Source: a virus. Taken from it: a stretch of DNA of 64,000 bases. The stretch lies in the IMG/VR virus record IMGVR_UViG_3300039191_000223, positions 1 through 64,000 of that record; one strand, 5' to 3'. The first letter of the stretch is position 1; the number at the start of each line of letters is the position of its first letter. Shown one piece after another: positions 51,952 through 60,440 of the stretch. The notes under the pieces are model-generated. The model had not been told where the DNA came from and searched no databases. It was given only the letters and a program-made list of their open reading frames with translations. Made by a program: the position numbers and the translations under genes.

Positions 51952-52029
51952 TGGTAGCGGGGGGAGGATTTGAACCTCCGACCTCCAGCGTATGAAACTG
52001 GCGAGCTAACCAAACTGCTCTACCCCGCA
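51952..52029 (-). tRNA. tRNA-Met(CAT), initiator-like
   Basis: GCGGGG acceptor with 1:72 mismatch, loop TTCATAC, CCA. Confidence 0.85.
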
Positions 52030-52578
52030 ATCGTTAATTATTTTATCCTACAGACTCTTTGAGTTCTTTTAGCTCACTAGTTAAGTCACTTATAGTCTTA
52101 TTGGTATCCTTAAGAGCGAGAGTATCTGTATGATAAAAACAATGAAATGGAATTTTGTTTGACTGCATTTCTATGTATAAATCAGAATTTTTAAATTTAT
52201 CAGCTACTTCCTCTATCTTTTCTTTAACAAGGTGGGATAGTATTGCACCAACATTAACCGTTATGTCGAATATATAACCTGTCTTATCGCCACCTAAATC
52301 AATTGGTATTACGTTTATCATTATTATTATCCTTTATTTATATACTGGAATTATATCAGTGAGCATCAATGTTTATTTGACTTGCTAGTTTTGGAATGGA
52401 ATATCCTATACCTTCAACAATGGCAAGAAAGATATTCCCATCATAGACCAGATCAGCTGTTTTAAGTTTACGCTCAATATCACTACCCTCTTCACGGGCC
52501 AGCCTTTCAAGCTGTTCCATCGTGGCAATAGTGTAGTCCACATCTTTTGATTCTTTGATCATTTTTTACTCGCTTTTT

Positions 52579-52655
52579 TGGTACGTCAGGTGGGACTTGC
52601 ACCCACTGCCTTCCGCTTATAAGACGGACGCTTTTACTACTTCAGCTTCTGACGC
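52579..52655 (-). tRNA. tRNA-Ile(TAT)
   Basis: TCCGT-CTTATAA-GCGGA; T-loop TGCAAGT; CCA. Confidence 0.8.
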
Positions 52656-52727
52656 ATTGGATTTTTTAAACGTGCTCAATTCCAATGCGTCGTATTCGTT
52701 GTGTCATTTTCTTCATTTACGTTTTCC

Positions 52728-53225
52728 TTAAAAATCAATATTAAATACTACTGGAAAGCTCTCATAAGAACCATCCTCCGCTATGTTCAAAACAATTGCC
52801 TGAATCTCTACTTCACCCAATTCAGGGTAGTTCAGTAGTGTGTAATACATATCGATATCGTTATTTAGTGTACCGGCAAGACCTGTATATCCAAATCCCG
52901 TATAGCTACCTTCAAGTGCTGGAGAGAAAACATAGTTACCAGTCATAGCAGACTGAAATACTGATACCAAAACGGGAGATGCAATAATCACTTTCTTATG
53001 TGCGTTAGTATCGACTAAAGCTAGTACTCCATCCGTTACCTGCTCCAACGCCTTAGCCAATGGAAAGTGACCTGATGGTGAGATATCACCCAAATCAACA
53101 ACGGGCGTATTCATGATTAGTTGCTTTTTAAATACCAAATCAATACAAAATACCACTTCGCTTTCGACTTCGACTTCGACTGTTTGCTCACGGATACTGT
53201 TATAATGTCCAGTAGCAATTACCAT
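52728..53225 (-). CDS. truncated major capsid protein paralogue
   Basis: IIASPVLVSVFQSA..VFSPALEG...LAGTLNNDIDMY vs gp23 IVVSPMIVSVLQSA..VFAPAVEG...LVGTLNGRIKVY. Confidence 0.75.
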   Translation of the reverse strand: MVIATGHYNSIREQTVEVEVESEVVFCIDLVFKKQLIMNTPVVDLGDISPSGHFPLAKALEQVTDGVLALVDTNAHKKVIIASPVLVSVFQSAMTGNYVFSPALEGSYTGFGYTGLAGTLNNDIDMYYTLLNYPELGEVEIQAIVLNIAEDGSYESFPVVFNIDF

Positions 53226-53311
53226 ATTCCCCGGCTTGATACTACCGAATAGTTGATGTTCAAATGATGTTCAAATGATGTTGATGTGATATCGATCATG
53301 TAAATTTTCCA

Positions 53312-53677
53312 TTAAGTTCCGAACTTCTGCTTAAGGCGTTCGAATTCTGCCTTGTCTTTCTTATCCCGTTGTTCTTTTAATCTCTTTTCTTTTGCGATTT
53401 TATTATTGCGACGCTTGCGAGTAGCCTCTACTCGCTTTGTCATTTCTTTATCGCTTTCCCAACGCATATACATAATGTGATGAATATTAGTTGCAAAATC
53501 CCAAGCTATTGCAATATTCTCTGAATCACATGCGCCTAGTTCATCAATCGCATATGATTCTATGTCTGCTAGACATTGACGCATTTCTGTAATACAACCG
53601 GTTGCCCTATATTCTGGCAGAGGATGGGATCGCCCAATCTTAATACGTGTGCTGTAATAGGGATCGTTGTCTCCCAT
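53312..53677 (-). CDS. hypothetical protein
   Basis: 121-aa ORF. Confidence 0.55.
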   Translation of the reverse strand: MGDNDPYYSTRIKIGRSHPLPEYRATGCITEMRQCLADIESYAIDELGACDSENIAIAWDFATNIHHIMYMRWESDKEMTKRVEATRKRRNNKIAKEKRLKEQRDKKDKAEFERLKQKFGT

Positions 53678-53681
53678 TTTC

Positions 53682-54134
53682 TTAATCCTTTCTGATAGAA
53701 TCTCTAATCTTATGTAGTCTACTACAAAACTCCTGTCGAGTCAATACAGTTTCATTCTGTTTGGTTCGACCAATACTGTGCTTCAATACAGCATTACCGG
53801 TTGCCTTCAAAGCATTAAGAGCCTTCTCGTTTTGTGTGAACATTGTCGAGTACGCTTCATCGAGCAAGTCTTGATATTCTTGAGAATCACGTTCAAGCGG
53901 CTCACCATCCCACCACAAGATTTGCGTGCGCTGCCAGTTCTTCTTTGCCCCGGAACGCTTAGCTGCTAATCCAGTCAACGTGCAGATGTGTCGCTGCATA
54001 TCGGGCTCTTTAAATTTAAGTGATTGTAGGAACCCTTCCATAGAAGAAACTGCCACACCACGAAATACAAAGGGGTGTGGGGCGAAGTTACTTAGTGCTC
54101 CGGCGGGGTATCCGCTACCGGATTTAATGTCCAT
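53682..54134 (-). CDS. NADAR-family protein (T4 30.3-like)
   Basis: LSNFAPHPF, SMEGFLQSLK, ALKATG..LKHSIG. Confidence 0.8.
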   Translation of the reverse strand: MDIKSGSGYPAGALSNFAPHPFVFRGVAVSSMEGFLQSLKFKEPDMQRHICTLTGLAAKRSGAKKNWQRTQILWWDGEPLERDSQEYQDLLDEAYSTMFTQNEKALNALKATGNAVLKHSIGRTKQNETVLTRQEFCSRLHKIRDSIRKD

Positions 54135-54462
54135 CGTAATATTCACCGCGAGCCTTAAGATAAATTACATTCGCAACGTGTCTCGCCCTTGCACTCGGAA
54201 ACCAATCCAGTAGGTTCAGAGTGTCATAGTATAGTGCGAAGTTTTCAGTGAATTCCTCTTTCGTGAGCCCATACTCAACAACATAATCAGCAAGATGATT
54301 CACCATAAATTCAGCAGTACGAAGTCTAATATAAATTGTGGCAAACAAACACAATGTGGTTAGGAAAAAAGAAATCATATTCTGCACCTTAAGCCATTTT
54401 AGATACGTTGTTTGTGTAAATGAAGGATTTTACTTTTAGGATACTGGTACTGATTCGAAAAC

Positions 54463-54538
54463 TGGTGCCGCCACGAGGATTTGAACCCCGGACATTCTGA
54501 TTACAAGTCAGACGCTCTACCAACTGAGCTATAGCGGC
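54463..54538 (-). tRNA. tRNA-Thr(TGT)
   Basis: TCTGA-CTTGTAA-TCAGA, CCA. Confidence 0.93.
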
Positions 54539-54550
54539 ATATTCGTTTAT

Positions 54551-55255
54551 TTATGCTGGCATGAGAACAGTATTCTCATACAGTTTCTGTCCTTTAACGT
54601 AATTCAATTCACCAAAGATGAAGTCCTTGAAGAACGGAGTATCAAGATAACTATCTTGCCACATTTCTAGAATCAAAATGGGACGATCCCTCCTAAGCAA
54701 TTCTGTCGCACCTTTCAAAGCTTCTTCTTCATATCCCTCAATGTCCAAATGAATTATACTAACCCGATGTCTGGGATGTATAGCCCAATCAAGTATAAAG
54801 ATTAGAACCTCTTCTGAGTTATCTTCTGTAGCTACCCAGCGATCAGATTCTACCTTACTTGCGCATCCGATATCCTTGCCCTGTTCTTTAGTAATCATGC
54901 GAATGGTTTCACCATGGGTAGAGCCAAGGGCAGCATGAATAACTTTCGTTTGGTGCGTATGGTAGTTTAGATCAACGGTGATCTTTGCACAACGATAGTT
55001 TTCGAACACTGGTTCAAAAGCATACACTACTGCGTTATCAGATGCAAGTGCGGGGAGAAAATCACCAAAGTATGCACCTGCATGAACTACAGCACCATCG
55101 CCACGGTTTGCAAGAATGAAGTCAATTGTATCTTTTTCATACGTGTGCCCACCTAGTATCCTTCCAGCAACAGTTCGGTGACTCGAAGAGCGAGGGATAC
55201 AATAGTTCCCATATTTGTTTTTTGCAAAAATGCAATCAATCGCTTCTGACATCAA
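54551..55255 (-). CDS. FkbM-family methyltransferase
   Basis: HAGAYFG, AFEP, HLDIEGYE. Confidence 0.85.
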   Translation of the reverse strand: MMSEAIDCIFAKNKYGNYCIPRSSSHRTVAGRILGGHTYEKDTIDFILANRGDGAVVHAGAYFGDFLPALASDNAVVYAFEPVFENYRCAKITVDLNYHTHQTKVIHAALGSTHGETIRMITKEQGKDIGCASKVESDRWVATEDNSEEVLIFILDWAIHPRHRVSIIHLDIEGYEEEALKGATELLRRDRPILILEMWQDSYLDTPFFKDFIFGELNYVKGQKLYENTVLMPA

Positions 55256-55682
55256 TTTCTCCCAACGATGTACAACCTAGCACAGACTTCGTGCTTATTT
55301 TCGAAATCAAAAATAACCTCAACACCATCTATTGACTGCTTGGTGCTTGGTGCTTGGTGCCGTGTATCGCCATTTATGCTTAGGGGGGCGGTGTTATAGT
55401 TATTTATGTATCCAGTACCATTTGCCGCCGCTCTCAATGACTGTAGGCAGTACGCCGTGAACCTTGTTAAATATCGCGCTCCACTGACCAATGTCAATAC
55501 TACCATCCTCATTAACATATCTTTTATACGTGAAGCCACAACATGGCATACAGTGCATTATACTTTCACTACCATGACACTCACAGTCGCATATTTGACT
55601 TTTTTAAAATTATCTTCCACAATCAGTATCCTCAGACAGTTTTTGTAATACGCTCACCAGCATGCCTTAGCTATTGATTTCT

Positions 55683-55757
55683 GGGTGCTTCCTGCCTGAT
55701 TCGAACAGGCGATTTGAACTTACGAGGTTCGCGTTTTTCCAGCTAAACTAAGGAAGC
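55683..55757 (-). tRNA. tRNA-Thr(CGT)
   Basis: GAAC-CTCGTAA-GTTC; 3' end ACCC(A). Confidence 0.8.
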
Positions 55758-55965
55758 AATTACTACAACTGTTTAAATAATTCTATTCGCATATTTTCAC
55801 GTTTGAGCATTAGCTTGTCCATTTTGTCACGATCTTCGGGACTGGGTTGCTCTTTCGTGCTATACGCTTCACACCATAAGGATTGTATTTCATCCCAATT
55901 TTCTTTCATGTCATCAAAAATTTCTTTATTTTTAGGGGGGTTCATTATTATATTTATTCTTTCAA

Positions 55966-56372
55966 CTATGCGCTTATCAACAAATTTTGGGGACGAAGGT
56001 TGATGTGCTGTACCTCACAGCTAGTAATCAACGTCTTGTCATCCCAATCGGGGGTAACAAAAAAGACTGGGGTGAGCAAAAGCTCATCTGCCATATTCTC
56101 GGCCATTTTACCTGCGGGGTATCAAGAAAACGAATCGATGCACAGAGATAACCTTCAGAATCAATGTAAAGATTATCAACCCAATGGCTGACCTTAGACG
56201 GATTAACATCGTATTTATCTACGTCAGATTCATCTTCAAGCATGCCAATGAAATTTTCACGAACCAGATATGTTTCGATAGCACCCTCCAACATGATCTT
56301 GGGAAAGATCAAACCCTTATTCGGAGTAGGCTCATCAACTTTCATGCGACTGCGGTAGATTCGATTAGTCAT
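55966..56372 (-). pseudogene. degenerate prohead-protease (gp21-like) paralogue, frameshift at C4 run ~56116-56119
   Basis: N.GLIFPK..LE.AI, VSH....LYID, FLDTP then AGK in the next frame; lacks ELxHP His and SSRG Ser. Confidence 0.6.
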
Positions 56373-56421
56373 GGTATGTCTCCTGAATATGCACGCACTT
56401 TAGACTTTCTTGGAGTCTTTG

Positions 56422-57015
56422 TCAAGCATAATCTGCGCGAGATACATCCTTGTGTAGAAGACCAGTCATCCATCGCGTGAACATAACATAAAGGAGTGGG
56501 TCCTGCCCGTCCACAAGCCACGGACAATCTTCCGCGTTAGTATCACTCATTGGCGCAGGGACAGTTACCCATTCATTATGGGCTTTACCTTCAAGCACGG
56601 AGCCATCAGTTTCAATTTCAATCTGATCCCACATATCTTCTTCTGTAAGATCGACTACGAACAAGTGATATAGCGTGTCACTACTCTTCGTGCCACGACA
56701 CGTACCAAGACTCATAATACAACTTTCATCGTTTAGGACGATACCGGCTTCTTCGCGAAGCTCTTCAAGTACGGTATCAATTGGGGTGGGGTGTCTATCT
56801 TTCTCCCAACCACCAGTGATCGAACTGACGTTCAGCCCATCACCCCAACAGGGGGTGAATTCATGTCGCACTAGCATCCCACGGCTAAAACTTACAGGAA
56901 GGATAGCTACAATGTTGCCATCACACCGAGACTCGTGAACGAATTCATAACTGTACCCATCACCATCACGTTGCTTTAGTTGCACGAACTTTCCGGCATG
57001 TAGGGTTGTATCCAT
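56422..57015 (-). CDS. Nudix hydrolase
   Basis: GG.....EELREEAG. Confidence 0.85.
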   Translation of the reverse strand: MDTTLHAGKFVQLKQRDGDGYSYEFVHESRCDGNIVAILPVSFSRGMLVRHEFTPCWGDGLNVSSITGGWEKDRHPTPIDTVLEELREEAGIVLNDESCIMSLGTCRGTKSSDTLYHLFVVDLTEEDMWDQIEIETDGSVLEGKAHNEWVTVPAPMSDTNAEDCPWLVDGQDPLLYVMFTRWMTGLLHKDVSRADYA

Positions 57016-57416
57016 TTAAAATCTCCAAATATTAAATTGTAGTCGAGTAAAGCTTCTTCATTCGTTGTAAACAAAAGACCAACATTGTAACCCAGTATAG
57101 CTTTTTCGAAATTAAGATAGCCTAAGTTCAAGGGGCGCATTGTATCATTACTGGATAATATAGTCAATCGTAGCGAGCAATCATATAAGTAATCTAATAG
57201 TACGCTATAATTTTTTACGCTTCGGAAAAAATCATCAGTTTTAAATTCAATGAGAATATTATACTTAAGGTCATAGTAATTGTGGCTTAATGTAATTTGA
57301 AAGTTAGATTCAATTAGCCAAGAGTGTTTCGTAGTAACAACATACATTTCATACCAGTGAGCATGCAATTGAATCAATTGCTCCAATTGATTCAATTGCG
57401 GTGTTATGATGCTCAT
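56976..57416 (-). CDS. hypothetical protein
   Basis: 146-aa ORF coupled to groES. Confidence 0.5.
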   Translation of the reverse strand: MSIITPQLNQLEQLIQLHAHWYEMYVVTTKHSWLIESNFQITLSHNYYDLKYNILIEFKTDDFFRSVKNYSVLLDYLYDCSLRLTILSSNDTMRPLNLGYLNFEKAILGYNVGLLFTTNEEALLDYNLIFGDFKWIQPYMPESSCN

Positions 57417-57706
57417 ACTGGAAGTTTACCGAGAACCCCACTCGACAATACGCACACAAATTCTTCATGGTCAATTTCAAAAGTTTTTTCATGTGCGAGA
57501 GTATACACGATACGGTCCCCAACCTCAATACCAGTCTCACGAAACTCACCGTCATCAGTATATGTGCCCGGTCCTACCGCTAACACCTTACCGATACGTG
57601 GCTTATCTTTGTCGATCTTCGCCAAATGAATACCACCGGGGGAAGTTTTTTCGTCTTCTTCTTTCTCAATTACGAGGATGTTACGCAGGGGTCTAATTGT
57701 TGGCAT
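57413..57706 (-). CDS. groES: co-chaperonin GroES
   Basis: IRPL, SPGGIHL, GKVLAVGPG, VGDRI. Confidence 0.88.
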   Translation of the reverse strand: MPTIRPLRNILVIEKEEDEKTSPGGIHLAKIDKDKPRIGKVLAVGPGTYTDDGEFRETGIEVGDRIVYTLAHEKTFEIDHEEFVCVLSSGVLGKLPV

Positions 57707-57739
57707 ATCTGTCTCCTAATACCTAATTAAAAATAAAGT

Positions 57740-57832
57740 TGGCGGAAGGTGAGGGATTCGAACCCTCATACCACTTACGTAGCTTTCTGTTTAGCAAACA
57801 GCCCCGGACAGGCCAATCCCGGCACACCTTCC
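57740..57832 (-). tRNA. tRNA-Ser(GCT), possible 8/4 fold
   Basis: CTGT-TTGCTAA-ACAG, long variable arm, G discriminator, CCA. Confidence 0.8.
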
Positions 57833-57930
57833 ATTTTTGTTCTATAAAGAGGGCATGAAACCCATGTATGATCTAATTATAGTACCACACGTGAACCATT
57901 CATGCAACTCATTTATACATCCTTGTTTGT

Positions 57931-58010
57931 TGGCACCCCCGACAGGAGTCGAACCTGCATGAATCCAGTTACTCTTTCTACGGCTTAGAAGGCCAAGGAG
58001 ATACGGGGGC
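57931..58010 (-). ncRNA. D-arm-less tRNA-like RNA with Arg(TCT) anticodon
   Basis: 7-bp acceptor, GGC-CTTCTAA-GCC, canonical T-arm, CCA; only ~7 nt where the D-arm belongs. Confidence 0.75.
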
Positions 58011-58392
58011 ATTAAATCCAGAAGTCAGGTGCCATACGTTCGGCGTAACCTTCCCACTGTTCAAGTCGGTAGGCTTCGGCCTCTTCTGGTGTGCTGAAGT
58101 ATGGGCCGATGATACCGGGAAACCCATCCGGCTCGTCTTCTATCAATTTAAGAAGATTGGCCCTAACAACTTTCGGATCATATACCATATTTAGCCCTTC
58201 TGCACAGTGGGGTTTTCCTGCGTAATATCGTTGTTTCCTCGAAGCTCTTCATCGCGAGCATCGACTTCATCGATATATGACCGGTCACCGTCACTTGCTA
58301 TTATTTGCATTTTAACAGCAATCATAGCGATCAGGACAACCAGTAAAATCCCTGTAATAATTTCAGTAATGTCCATGTCGATATTATCCTAT

Positions 58393-58469
58393 TGGTAGGG
58401 ATGGTGGGATTCGAACCCACGATTTTGACTTAGGAGGTCAACGTTTGTTCCTGACTAAACTACACCCCT
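58393..58469 (-). tRNA. tRNA-Arg(CCT)
   Basis: TTGAC-CTCCTAA-GTCAA, CCA. Confidence 0.85.
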
Positions 58470-59203
58470 GTTATTGTTATTACTCTTCGTCATCTTTTAT
58501 ACCCGGTCCAGCTATACGAGTCACTCTACCTGTTGGGAACAGATGAATGTCATCTGAACGCCCATTCTGAACATCATCTAGTGTCAGAGTCCCATGTTTC
58601 CAAGGATTGGCAAGAGCCAAATACCAAGGGTGGCTGCAAATATTCTTGGTATCACTACCAGCAGTATAAATTCCGTCGAGTAATAGCTTACGCGCCCCGA
58701 ATCCGTTTTCAAGAAAAACAACAGTAGCCGTAACATTATCCCACGAACTGGTACTGCGCCCTATATGGGTCAGCACTGCACTGTAAACGGGTTTATATTT
58801 CCACCAGAATATCATCGGCATCTCCTATTTGTTCTTCGAACGATATCACGTTACGACGCTCTTGTAAAGTCAAAGATTCCTGACTCTTGAGTCTTCGAGG
58901 ATTGCCACAACATACCGGATTCGAACACAAACATGGTGTATGGAGCATGTGGTGTGCCGTCAAATAGCACCGACGTTCAAACGCATCCCATTCATCTTGG
59001 TGCGTAACTGTATACGGTCTATAGGATTTCGCTTGCAGATAACGCTTTGCAAGCATACGCTCACGGTGATGCCTACGAATGGCCCGCTTCTTGTTCTTCA
59101 TTTTCACTCTCCCAGTCAACGACCCTAACGGTTGGGAAATCATACGCTAGAGTCATTTAAGGTGAAGAATGTCAAATGTGCGAACCATCTTTTGCTCCTA
59201 TGT

Positions 59204-59292
59204 TGGCAGAGAGTAGAAGAATCGAACTCCGACCGCGTTAAGCAGCCCGCCAGCTTTCGAAACTGGTTGTCCTCCAGTGGACCGTACTCTCT
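59204..59292 (-). tRNA. tRNA-Ser(CGA), 8/4 structure
   Basis: AGAGAGTA/TACTCTCT acceptor, GGAG/CTTC T-stem, loop TTCGAAA. Confidence 0.8.
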
Positions 59293-59294
59293 AT

Positions 59295-59389
59295 TGGCGG
59301 AAGAGGTGGGATTCGAACCCACACGCCGGTTACGACAAACGCTTTTCAAGAGCGTCTCCGCTACCCTGAATCTTTCGGATAACTCTTCC
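59295..59389 (-). tRNA. tRNA-Ser(TGA)
   Basis: ACGCT-CTTGAAA-AGCGT, enlarged D-loop, CCA. Confidence 0.85.
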
Positions 59390-59483
59390 GTGCATTTTTA
59401 CTACAATATGTATCAGTCTGAGTATGACAATTAGGACACACTATCCTTAAGCCAGACTCTGCCACCCCACCATATACTATTAT

Positions 59484-60009
59484 TTATCCACGGTACAATG
59501 TTTTAAATCCATACTTCTCGGCGTAGTCCAAGACTTTATCTGGAATAGCCATATCGCTATAAAACATATTCATACAATTTTGCTTCACGACAAAACCGTT
59601 ACTACCATCCTTTTTGACCTTTGGTGAGCTTTCGAGCTTTCGTCAAAAAGTCATCGTTCTTAATCATACCGCATATCCAACATGTTTCCAAGTCTTTCAT
59701 GACTCTAGTGAAAACATAAATATCACAATCCTGTTTGAGGTTACAGGATGCCACGCTTCCCTCATAATCCAGAGAAGGCACAACGGTAGTTTCTTTGGTT
59801 TTTACTTCCATTCTACAATCGAATGCGAGAACATCGTAATCATATGTGTTATGTAGGTAGCCACTGAAAAGATAGGCAACCGCAATTTCACCCAAAAACC
59901 CTACCTTATTTCCTTTACCTTTTCTGATAGAATTGTTTAGCTTTCCAAGTTCTTTCGCCTTGATAGTGGCTAGTGCCCGCATGTCATCGTTGAGTGGTAT
60001 TTCAATCAT
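59484..60009 (-). pseudogene. hypothetical (nuclease-fold-like) gene frameshifted at A5 run 59611-59615
   Basis: GFLGE, YDYD, EVKTK; removing one A gives KGQKDGSNGFVVKQNC...RG*. Confidence 0.55.
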
Positions 60010-60130
60010 GCAATTTATTCTTTTTCAAAAGTGGTGCCACATTAAGATTCCACCACGCCATAGTATACGGGACTATTGTCTGGATTACAGATAGAACCGC
60101 GACAATTTCAAGTGGACAAATATGCATTTA

Positions 60131-60430
60131 TTATTCCTCAAATAATTCAGTAATACCTTCACGCCGTTTCTTCTCTCTAAGAAGATCAACTAGCACATCA
60201 CCATGGCATGCCTCCGGTTTACAGTGACATCCTAACACCTTTCCATCAAGCTCGTCAAGAGACTCTAGAAGTTTAGGCTGCTTTTTAATCCATGATCGAT
60301 ATTTATCGATAACTTGACTTCGCGTTCCGTGCATACTTATCATGAACGGATTACCCCATTTACTAGACCTACCAATATACACATCATATTCGGCTGTTTT
60401 GGAATTTACAACTTTTGTTTCTCTTACCAT
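60131..60430 (-). CDS. DUF4326-like protein
   Basis: DVYIGRSSKWGNPF, LGCHCKP..CHGDVL. Confidence 0.85.
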   Translation of the reverse strand: MVRETKVVNSKTAEYDVYIGRSSKWGNPFMISMHGTRSQVIDKYRSWIKKQPKLLESLDELDGKVLGCHCKPEACHGDVLVDLLREKKRREGITELFEE

Positions 60431-60440
60431 AAATATCCTT

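Noticed and set aside
57740-57832. tRNA-Sec, suggested by GGAAG...CTTCCGCCA ends
   Set aside because: Anticodon is GCT, and the D- and T-arm geometry does not match SelC.
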